Shown piece after piece: positions 25,996 through 33,206 of a stretch of DNA of 44,221 nucleotides. The notes under the pieces are model-generated. The model did no database searches. It was not told the origin of the DNA and saw only the letters and a program-made list of their open reading frames with translations. Both the position numbers and the translations under genes were made by a program. The stretch comes from a virus, in the IMG/VR virus record IMGVR_UViG_3300047160_000952; one strand, written 5' to 3'. Positions within the stretch are counted from its first letter, which is position 1. The number at the start of each line of letters is the position of its first letter.

Positions 25996-27438
25996 TTACC
26001 GGAGGCCCATGGACGAGACGGCCTTCCGCATCTCGTATTCGGCTCGTTCGACGGTGCCCTCGGGCGGAGCGACTTCGGCCTTCGCCGTCTGGTCGGTGGA
26101 GGCCGCAGCGTCCTGCGCCTTGGACAACGTCTTCAGCAGCGCCTTGCCGCGCAGCGGCTGAGCGTTGATGGTGGCTTGCGCCGCTTGCAGTTGCTTCTGC
26201 AGATCTTCCTTCTCCTTTCCGAGCTTCTCGAGGGAATCGGTGAGCGGGGCCATCGCCTTGGCGACAGCAGCGTTGATCTTCTCGTCGATACCGGTGGTAT
26301 CGGCCTTGGCCACCTTGCCGGCCGTGCCGTTGTTCTGGCCGTGCTGGTCTTGTCCGTCGGTGGCGCTGTCGATCTCTTCCTCGTCTTCTTGCTTGTAGCC
26401 GAGGGCGTCCATCTTGTCGCAGCAGTCTTTCATCGACTTGTGCACGTCGGCGAGCGCGGCCTTGGTGTCGGCGCTGAACTTGGCGCCCTTCTTCTGCAGC
26501 GTGGTCGGCAGACCAGCCTTCGCAGCCATCTCGATGACTTCCGGATCGCCGACCAGTTGACGCAGGTTGGCCAGCATCTCCTGGGTCTCTTCCTCCGCCA
26601 TCTCGCGGAAGATGTCCGTGCCGGTCTTCAGCCAGTCCAGCATCTTCGCGGGCACGGGGCTGTTGTCGCCTTCGTACTCCGCCTCCCACGCGGCGTCGCT
26701 CACCATGTAGGCCAGCGAATTGAGGGTGTACGCGAAGTCGCTGACGGAGTACATGCCCTTCTGGATGGTGTCGCCTTCAGCAGAGCGGCCAGTTCCAGGG
26801 GTTGTGCCCCCTTTAGGGGGCAACCCCACGGAACCATCGCTTGCGGCGGGGGTGGCGTTTTTGTTCACCGGTTCCGGGGTCGGTTCCGGGTCGGCGGCGC
26901 CGTGTCGCTTGAGCAACTCGAGGATACGGGCCGGCAGTTTGTCGTTGCCGTCGATCATCTCGGCCAGCTCCACGACTTCCTCTTCCGGCGTCATGGCGGC
27001 CTTGTACATCGTCAGCAGCGCGTCCGGGTTGGCAGGACGGTCGACCAGCGAGACCTCGATCAGGTTGAGGCCCTTGATGATCTTCTTGTCCTGCGGGTCA
27101 CGCTCGGTGACCTTGCCACCGATGCTGAAGCCCTTGTACACGGACGTCTTGACCTTCTTGATCGCGGCATCGTCGACGACCAGCGCGCTGAAGTTGGTCT
27201 TGCCCGTGGTGTCGTCGACGTCGATGCTGAGCGCGGTGCCCGCAGCGCTGGGCTGGTGCATCTCGCGCAGGGCACCGAACTTCATGTAGTCCGGGATCGC
27301 AGCCTTCATGGCTTCGGGGGTGATGGTCTCCCCGTCGCTGTCGACTGCGCCGCTCGACGCAATGCCGTGGACGGTGATGGTACCGTCATCGTTGTCCTCG
27401 ACCTTGCTGATGTCGCAGTAGATCCGCTTCTTGGCCAT
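25996..27438 (-). CDS. Prohead serine protease (S78/HK97-like) fused to a scaffolding-like C-terminal region
   Basis: DSDGETITPEAM...GALREMH...KGFSIGGK...IEVSLVDRPANPDA matches prohead protease motifs. The C-terminal ~300 aa are coiled-coil and acidic. The ATG at 27438 has an AGGAG RBS. Confidence 0.9.
   Translation of the reverse strand: MAKKRIYCDISKVEDNDDGTITVHGIASSGAVDSDGETITPEAMKAAIPDYMKFGALREMHQPSAAGTALSIDVDDTTGKTNFSALVVDDAAIKKVKTSVYKGFSIGGKVTERDPQDKKIIKGLNLIEVSLVDRPANPDALLTMYKAAMTPEEEVVELAEMIDGNDKLPARILELLKRHGAADPEPTPEPVNKNATPAASDGSVGLPPKGGTTPGTGRSAEGDTIQKGMYSVSDFAYTLNSLAYMVSDAAWEAEYEGDNSPVPAKMLDWLKTGTDIFREMAEEETQEMLANLRQLVGDPEVIEMAAKAGLPTTLQKKGAKFSADTKAALADVHKSMKDCCDKMDALGYKQEDEEEIDSATDGQDQHGQNNGTAGKVAKADTTGIDEKINAAVAKAMAPLTDSLEKLGKEKEDLQKQLQAAQATINAQPLRGKALLKTLSKAQDAAASTDQTAKAEVAPPEGTVERAEYEMRKAVSSMGLR
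26791..26839. repeat. Imperfect 45-bp palindrome plus GGAACCATCG, related to 33080..33127, embedded in the protease-scaffold linker
   Basis: AGTTCCAGGGGTTGTGCCCCCTTTAGGGGGCAACCCCACGGAACCATCG compared with GGTTCCACCCCCTATAGCCCTTTAGGGGCTAGGGGGTCGGAACCATCG. Confidence 0.75.
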
Positions 27439-27442
27439 GGGG

Positions 27443-29923
27443 TTACTCCTGGGATTGGCTGTCATCTTCTGCCGAGTTATCGGCGAGCACCGGCAGTATA
27501 TCGCACCGGCAGTTCGGGTGCAGCGGGGGGCCGTCGCCACCCTCATCGGGGAAGTCGTCATCGAGCGGAACCTGCACCTTGTCCAGCCCGTTGCACTCAT
27601 CACACGTGTCACCGCCGCCGGTCGACCACTCCTTCATGTCGACGACGCCAGAAGCCTTGTAGCCTTCGAGGTTGCCTTGCACGTCTGCGTAGGCGGTCTC
27701 GGTACGGGCGATGGTCTCTGCACGTTCGTCGCTGAAGCCGTAGTTGTCGGCCAGCGCTGTGGCGATGTCGTCGTTGGTCGCGCCCGACTCGATGCCACTG
27801 ATCAGGTCAGTGCGCAGCATGTCTCGCGTGCTGTCCTCCAAGTCCTTGATCAGCGTAGCGCTGCGCTCGGCAGCGTAGTCCACGGCACGTTCGTTGACTT
27901 GGTCGAGCATGCTGTCGTCGATGTCGCTAAGCACCTGAGCCAGCGCGACTTCACCGGCCTCTTGCGTCATGTCCTCCAGCAGCTCGGCCAAGTCCGGCGC
28001 GATGTCCTGCAGCTCCTCGAACGTCAGCTCGCTGAGCAGGCGCGTCGTCTTCTCGTCGGCGCTGATGGCCGCTTCCTTGACGCCGGCCTTCTCGCCCAGT
28101 TCACGACTGATGCGCTTCCCCGCAGCGGCAAGAGCCGTCTGCACGAGCGTAGTGATACCGCTTGTACACTCCTTCACGGACTTGCGGTTGCGGTTCAGCG
28201 GCTTCACTGCCTTGCGCAGCGAGGCCGCTTGCGTTTTTCCCACCGGTTTCGCCGTACCTCCTTGCGCTGCGACCGGGCCGCCGGGCTTGCCACCCGGGGG
28301 CGGTTGACCGTCTCCTGGTACCTGGGCATTGGGCGCACCCGGTTGGCCCAGCGCAGGAGGTGCTGGGGGCGTCAGCGTGGCCTTTTGCTCCTCCGTCAGC
28401 GCCGGCATGCCCAGCTTGTCGCGCGCCTCGTCCGGCGTCATGATCTTGGCCGTGGTGTAGCCCGTGAGCGTCTGCATCTGGGCCAGCGGCGCGGCTTCCT
28501 CGTCCTCGACCCACTTGAACTCCAGGTCATCGTAGCCGAAGTACTTCCAGATGATGTAGTCCATCATCCCCTTGAACCACTTCATCAGCGGCGTCAGACC
28601 TTCGGCCTGTGCTTGATCCTTCTGGGTCTCGGCAGTCGCACGGTTGACCTGTTTCACCAGCGCAGACGGCGGCAGCGAGAAGCAGAAGCAGATGACACGA
28701 GCCAGCCAGTCGTCCATGTCGTCCTTCAGGCTCTCGCCCTTGGTCGGCGTGTACGCGGTGCCACCGGGCACGAACTTGGCGTGCCGGCGCTGCGCGGTGT
28801 CGCCTTCGAGGATGCTGTCCCAGTACTCCTGGAACAGACGGATCTGGTCGGGCGACCACTCGGTCGGCACGCCGATCAACGCTTCCGGCACGTTGCCTTC
28901 GGTGTAGAACTGCAGCTGGTGCACCTGACGGCGCAACGCGATGTTGACCGTCATGATGATCTGTTCGACCGGGCTGTAGCCGTACATCTTGTGCGTGCGC
29001 ACGTTGCGCGGGCGGTAGATCAGCTCGTCGCGCGTGTAGTTGATGGCCGGCAGACCGTGCATGATCTGCTGGTATGCGGGATCGGGCGGCAGCGGCGTGC
29101 GACCGGTGTCGTCCAGAACGCGCTTGATCGTGCTGCCATCGATCAGCTCCATGGCGTACAAGTCGCCACCGACGGTCATGCGCGGGAACAGCGTGGGCGC
29201 GTCCAGCACCAGCAGATCTTCCAGGATGGCGCGCATCCAGGTGTTCCAGTCGTGCTCCTGGTCGGGGTACTGGAAGAACTTGGTGATCTCCTCGATGCGC
29301 GGGTCTTGCACCGGCAGCTCGGGGATCTCCGGAACATCCTTGGGCTTGGGTGCCAGCGGCGCCGGTTGACTGAACGTGCCGTCACCGTTGTCGACCGGCT
29401 GTTGCGACTCGAAGTCCTTCTGCTGTTGGGCGTTGTCCGCCTTGACCTTCTCAGCGTGCTTCTTGACGGCCTCGACGCGCTTGACCGCCTGCTGGTGCTT
29501 CTCGATCTCGGGCTTCAGACCGATCTGCCACTCCATGGCTTCCATCTGGTCTTTGCGTGTCTCGATGGCGATGCGCAGCAAGTCCAGGTTTTCGGACAGG
29601 TTGCGCAACTGGTGGAAGCTGATGCCTTCGCCGTCGCGTGGCGTGCGGCGCACGTTGACGTTGACCGGGTAGTTGAACGCACGACCGCGGATGCCAGATG
29701 CTTCCGGCACGATAGGTGCGACCGGCTGACCCGGGCCCATCCACTGCGTCGGAGTGCCAGCGTTGATGTGCGGGATCTGGTCACGCGCACCTTGCACCAC
29801 GTCGTCCAGCAGTCCGTTGTCGATGGGCGTCGCTTTGGTGCCAGGGTTCTTGCGCGGCGAGTTGTCGCCGGCACCGAACACGGCCTTGAGCAGCCGGTTC
29901 AAGAGCGTTTGGTTTGCAGCCAC
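27443..29923 (-). CDS. Portal protein fused to a C-terminal Mu F / SPP1 gp7-like head morphogenesis domain
   Basis: 826 aa. The C-terminus ERAETIARTETAYADVQGN...W.TGGGDTCDECNGL...GPPLHPNCRCDILP is the MuF signature. The N-terminal ~520 aa sit where a portal gene is expected, after terL. Confidence 0.9.
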   Translation of the reverse strand: MAANQTLLNRLLKAVFGAGDNSPRKNPGTKATPIDNGLLDDVVQGARDQIPHINAGTPTQWMGPGQPVAPIVPEASGIRGRAFNYPVNVNVRRTPRDGEGISFHQLRNLSENLDLLRIAIETRKDQMEAMEWQIGLKPEIEKHQQAVKRVEAVKKHAEKVKADNAQQQKDFESQQPVDNGDGTFSQPAPLAPKPKDVPEIPELPVQDPRIEEITKFFQYPDQEHDWNTWMRAILEDLLVLDAPTLFPRMTVGGDLYAMELIDGSTIKRVLDDTGRTPLPPDPAYQQIMHGLPAINYTRDELIYRPRNVRTHKMYGYSPVEQIIMTVNIALRRQVHQLQFYTEGNVPEALIGVPTEWSPDQIRLFQEYWDSILEGDTAQRRHAKFVPGGTAYTPTKGESLKDDMDDWLARVICFCFSLPPSALVKQVNRATAETQKDQAQAEGLTPLMKWFKGMMDYIIWKYFGYDDLEFKWVEDEEAAPLAQMQTLTGYTTAKIMTPDEARDKLGMPALTEEQKATLTPPAPPALGQPGAPNAQVPGDGQPPPGGKPGGPVAAQGGTAKPVGKTQAASLRKAVKPLNRNRKSVKECTSGITTLVQTALAAAGKRISRELGEKAGVKEAAISADEKTTRLLSELTFEELQDIAPDLAELLEDMTQEAGEVALAQVLSDIDDSMLDQVNERAVDYAAERSATLIKDLEDSTRDMLRTDLISGIESGATNDDIATALADNYGFSDERAETIARTETAYADVQGNLEGYKASGVVDMKEWSTGGGDTCDECNGLDKVQVPLDDDFPDEGGDGPPLHPNCRCDILPVLADNSAEDDSQSQE

Positions 29924-31260
29924 GGGTTCTCCTTCTTGGCGTCGTCCGCCAGTTGCTTCATGTAGTTCAGCATGCCCATCTGACGCTGCTTGCTCACGGG
30001 TTCGAGCGCGTAGCGGATGGCGTCGATGATGTGGTTGTGCTTGTCCTCGATCTCGTCGGTAGGCAGCTTCGACAGCCGGTCAATTTTGTACGAGTACAGC
30101 CGGAACTCCTCGGCAGTGTGCACGCACCGTGTATGGATGACGACCTTTTCGAAGCTGCGGATGAACGCCACGCCGTCCTCGACGCTGCCCTCACCCTTGG
30201 TGCACGGGACGACGTTGGGGTAGCCGTGCCGTTGGAGGTAGCTGATGGTCTCAGGCCGCGCGCTGTCGGCACGGATCTGGCCCTTCTTGCTGCCAGGGAT
30301 CTTGTCGTAGCACGACGGCAGTACATCACTGTCGATGTTGCATCCGTAGAACTCGTACTCGATGTACAGGCGGTTGTTGGCGATCCAGCACTTGACCAAC
30401 GTGGACGGGTCGGTGAAGCCGAAGTCGGCGCCCTTGTACGGGCCGTCCCAGTCAGGCTCAGGCACGAACGGTTCGATGACGTACTTGCCGCGCATGATCT
30501 GCGCCGCGCTGTTCTTGCGGAACTTGCCGCCCCAGACGTGCTCGGCGGCCTCGGGGTCGATGGCGTAGAGGTAGTCCTTCTCAGCGCGCAGTTCGTCGGG
30601 AAACCACGGATTGTCCTGCCAGCCGATCTCGACCACGATAGCGCCGGGCGGCTGATTCTTGATGAACCGCTTGCTGGTCGGGTCGGTCTCTTCGTCAGGA
30701 TTGAACGTGACCCAGATCTCGCTGCCCGGCTTGCGGATCGTCGGGATCAGCACGAGCCAGCTGTAGTCGCTGACCTTCTCCGCTTCTTCGACCCAGACGA
30801 TGTCGATGCCTTCCATCGACTTGATCTTGGTCACGTTGTTGCGGATGCCCGCGAAGATGAACTCGCTGCCCGTGGTCTTGCAGACGATGGTCTTCTTCTG
30901 GATGTCGTAGACCTCGGCCAACCACGGGTCGGCCATGATCTGGTCGCTCAGCAGCTTGTGTACCGAGTCCTCGATGGAGACTTGCAGTTCACGCGCGCAC
31001 AGGATGCGCAGCTTCTTTTGCGCTGCCATGACCAGCAGCACCTTCGCCACGCCCCAGCTCTTGGCACCACCGCGACCGCCGTGAAGTACCTTGTACCGCG
31101 CCTTGTTGAACAGGATGCGGAGCTTGCTCGGGATGCGCAGCGTGGGCCGTTCCGTGCGCTTGGCCTTGGGCGGCTCAGGCGCATCGTACAGCTCAGGGTA
31201 CAGAGCATGGAGGTTACGCTGACTCCGCAACAGAGCGCGCTCTGAGACACGCAGGGCCAC
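29899..31260 (-). CDS. terL: Terminase large subunit (PBSX/Terminase_3-like)
   Basis: Walker A context is YKVLHGGRGGAKSWGVA, followed by LCARE and VWVEEAE. A C-terminal nuclease-like region is present. The start is GTG at 31260. Confidence 0.9.
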   Translation of the reverse strand: MALRVSERALLRSQRNLHALYPELYDAPEPPKAKRTERPTLRIPSKLRILFNKARYKVLHGGRGGAKSWGVAKVLLVMAAQKKLRILCARELQVSIEDSVHKLLSDQIMADPWLAEVYDIQKKTIVCKTTGSEFIFAGIRNNVTKIKSMEGIDIVWVEEAEKVSDYSWLVLIPTIRKPGSEIWVTFNPDEETDPTSKRFIKNQPPGAIVVEIGWQDNPWFPDELRAEKDYLYAIDPEAAEHVWGGKFRKNSAAQIMRGKYVIEPFVPEPDWDGPYKGADFGFTDPSTLVKCWIANNRLYIEYEFYGCNIDSDVLPSCYDKIPGSKKGQIRADSARPETISYLQRHGYPNVVPCTKGEGSVEDGVAFIRSFEKVVIHTRCVHTAEEFRLYSYKIDRLSKLPTDEIEDKHNHIIDAIRYALEPVSKQRQMGMLNYMKQLADDAKKENPWLQTKRS

Positions 31261-31262
31261 GA

Positions 31263-31457
31263 TCAGTCCTTGCAGGTCGGCTTCATGCGGTAGGTGCCGG
31301 CACCAGCACGCGGGCCAGATTGCTCACGTGGCGTGGGCAGCGACATGACGTGATGGCGGTGCGGACATTCGACCATGCTGCACGCGCTGAACGTGCGCTG
31401 GTCGTGATGGCACTGCTCGTAGTGCCGGCACTTGATGGGTGGGCTGACTTGTCCCAT
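31263..31457 (-). CDS. Cys/His-rich small protein (64 aa) between terS and terL
   Basis: MGQVSPPIKCRHYEQCHHDQRTFSACSMVECPHRHH.... Gaps to both neighbours are 2 nt, and codons are GC3-biased. Confidence 0.6.
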   Translation of the reverse strand: MGQVSPPIKCRHYEQCHHDQRTFSACSMVECPHRHHVMSLPTPREQSGPRAGAGTYRMKPTCKD

Positions 31458-31459
31458 AC

Positions 31460-31582
31460 TCACACCCAGCGCAGATGCTGCAGCAGCCACACCACGAGGT
31501 GCGAAAGGCCGCTGAACAACAGGTAGCCGATGACCATGACGATGATGGTTGCGACGATGGCGTCACGCGTGCTCCAGAACAT
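31460..31582 (-). CDS. Small single-pass membrane peptide (40 aa)
   Basis: MFWSTRDAIVATIIVMVIGYLLFSGLSHLVVWLLQHLRWV, with a 1-nt gap after the terS stop. Confidence 0.5.
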   Translation of the reverse strand: MFWSTRDAIVATIIVMVIGYLLFSGLSHLVVWLLQHLRWV

Positions 31583-31583
31583 G

Positions 31584-32018
31584 TCAGTTCTCCTGAGTGA
31601 GTTTGGGCTTGCCGTCGCCGTCGCTCTCGACGAACTCGATGAGGAACGGCACCGGGCCGGTCTGCTGATCACCACTGCCTTGCGTGCGCACGGCGTTCTT
31701 CAACTCCACCGTGCTGATCTTGCCGTGCATGTAGGGCGCGGCGGCTTCGGCGTACTTGGCTGCGAACAAGCTGCCGCCCACCATGAACGCGCGACGCATG
31801 GCCATGACCATCACGTCCAGCGGCGTGGCGTCTTCGGGCAGCTCCATCGCCTCTTCCGGCGGCGGCTTGCGAGTGCCGGCAGCATAGCCGTCAGCGATGG
31901 CTTTGGTGCGGCGCACGCTGGCGCCCTTGTTCATGGACGCATTGGCCTGCGCCTTGGTGGCGGGCTTGCGTGCTGCGGTCTTCTTGGCCGGCTGTGCGGC
32001 CCTGCGCTGGGTAGCCAT
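31584..32018 (-). CDS. terS: Terminase small subunit candidate
   Basis: Basic N-terminus (QRRAAQPAKKTAARKPATKA) followed by ...AAKYAEAAAPYMHGKIS, resembling small terminases of similar phages. It lies upstream of terL. The alternative GTG start is at 32084. Confidence 0.6.
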   Translation of the reverse strand: MATQRRAAQPAKKTAARKPATKAQANASMNKGASVRRTKAIADGYAAGTRKPPPEEAMELPEDATPLDVMVMAMRRAFMVGGSLFAAKYAEAAAPYMHGKISTVELKNAVRTQGSGDQQTGPVPFLIEFVESDGDGKPKLTQEN

Positions 32019-32058
32019 GATGTACGGGTCGAGTTGTGAGGTCGGCCCGCAGTTTGCC

Positions 32059-32871
32059 TCAGAGCTTGCGCTTGTACGTGCCACCGTTGACTACACGCAT
32101 GTACTTCTCGAACTCGCAGAGGATGTTCTGCGCGTCCTGCGCGTCCACGCTGTAGCTCGCACCCATGCTGGCCAAGATCTTGTTGGCCCAGTCGCGCACC
32201 TGGATGACCGTTGCGTGCCACGTAAGGTCGGAGTTCAGCAGAGCGGCGCCACGCTTGGAGCCAGGGCCGGGCACAGCGAAGTCGTCCAGGTCAGGCAGCT
32301 GCATCATCCAAGGCATGTGCTCCTTGAGGTCAGCGATGATCTGACCGCCGATGAATGACCCGATGCCGTGCAGCTTGCGCAGGCGCTTAGCGTACAGGCT
32401 CAGGCTACCGGCAGGCTTGTTCAGGATGTGACGGTTCGTCCACGCGTCTTCCCAGACCTGATGTGCATAGAACTCAGCCCATGGCGTTGCGTGGCCGTGT
32501 GTGGTGGCCATGTACGCTTGGCTGCGGATGGGCAAACGAAGCTGCAAGCGTGCGTCCAAAACATCCTGGGCGCGCTGCGCGACGTAGCCAATAGGCGACC
32601 CCACTGCACCTACCGACAACAGCGCATGCACCGTGTCCGCGTGGTTGACGCAGCGTGCCACCAGCACCACGTGCGGCAGCGCACCCAGAGGGACATCGCG
32701 GTAGAGCTTGAAGAGCGCGATCGTACCGGCGTCCAGCGTGCGCTTCAGGTTGCAGAAGCGGTACATGCGAAGGATGTCGTCCGTCGGAGCCGGGCCGCCG
32801 TGCTTGCGCCACAGATAGGCCGTGTGCCGTTGCTGTATGAAGTGGGCGAGCTGGTCGTGGATGTGTGCCAT
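32059..32871 (-). CDS. aGPT-Pplase clade-1-like protein (DNA base hypermodification family)
   Basis: N-terminal signature HTAYLWRKHGGPAPTDDILRMYRFCNLKRTLDAGT, plus LHGIGSFIGGQIIADLKE and VPGPGSKRGAALL blocks, as I recall for this family. An AAGGAA RBS is present. It is the first gene of the late operon. Confidence 0.7.
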   Translation of the reverse strand: MAHIHDQLAHFIQQRHTAYLWRKHGGPAPTDDILRMYRFCNLKRTLDAGTIALFKLYRDVPLGALPHVVLVARCVNHADTVHALLSVGAVGSPIGYVAQRAQDVLDARLQLRLPIRSQAYMATTHGHATPWAEFYAHQVWEDAWTNRHILNKPAGSLSLYAKRLRKLHGIGSFIGGQIIADLKEHMPWMMQLPDLDDFAVPGPGSKRGAALLNSDLTWHATVIQVRDWANKILASMGASYSVDAQDAQNILCEFEKYMRVVNGGTYKRKL

Positions 32872-33010
32872 GTCGGTTCCTTGTGTTCAGAGCGTGATGG
32901 GGTGGTGGCGGACTCGGCAAATTTTGCGAGTGGACGTGGGGGTGTGGTTAAGAGAACCCACCCGAGCGACCTCCCGACCGTGGTGCCGTGCGACCTGAGT
33001 TGGGATTGCC

Positions 33011-33200
33011 AGTTCCAGGGTGGGTCACTGAGGGAGCGCTTGGTTCCTTCCGATCGCGCCACAAGGTCGGTCGGTTACCGGTTCCACCCCCTATAGCCCT
33101 TTAGGGGCTAGGGGGTCGGAACCATCGACCAGACTGCCATTGATGGTTCCACTGGAACTACCTGGAACTACCCTGGAACCGGAACTACCCCTGGAACCAT
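33011..33200. repeat. Iteron/palindrome-rich non-coding region (at least 10 GGAAC/GTTCC cores)
   Basis: AGTTCCAGGGTGGG at 33011; palindrome 33080-33123; inverted repeat GGAACCATC...GATGGTTCC at 33118-33150; direct CTGGAAC(T/C) repeats starting at 33152, 33162, 33173 and 33191 (10-11 bp phasing). Confidence 0.85.
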
Positions 33201-33206
33201 CGTTGT

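Noticed and set aside
24159-29965. Three very long + strand ORFs (24159..26168, 25687..27735, 27431..29965) opposite the capsid, protease-scaffold and portal genes
   Set aside because: They are antisense shadows of strongly supported - strand genes. Their composition is dominated by R/G/A/V/D/L with no motifs, and the stop-poor antisense frames are expected at this GC content.
29914-31245. 443-aa + strand ORF opposite terL
   Set aside because: Antisense shadow. The - strand encodes a terminase with a Walker A motif and conserved acidic motifs.
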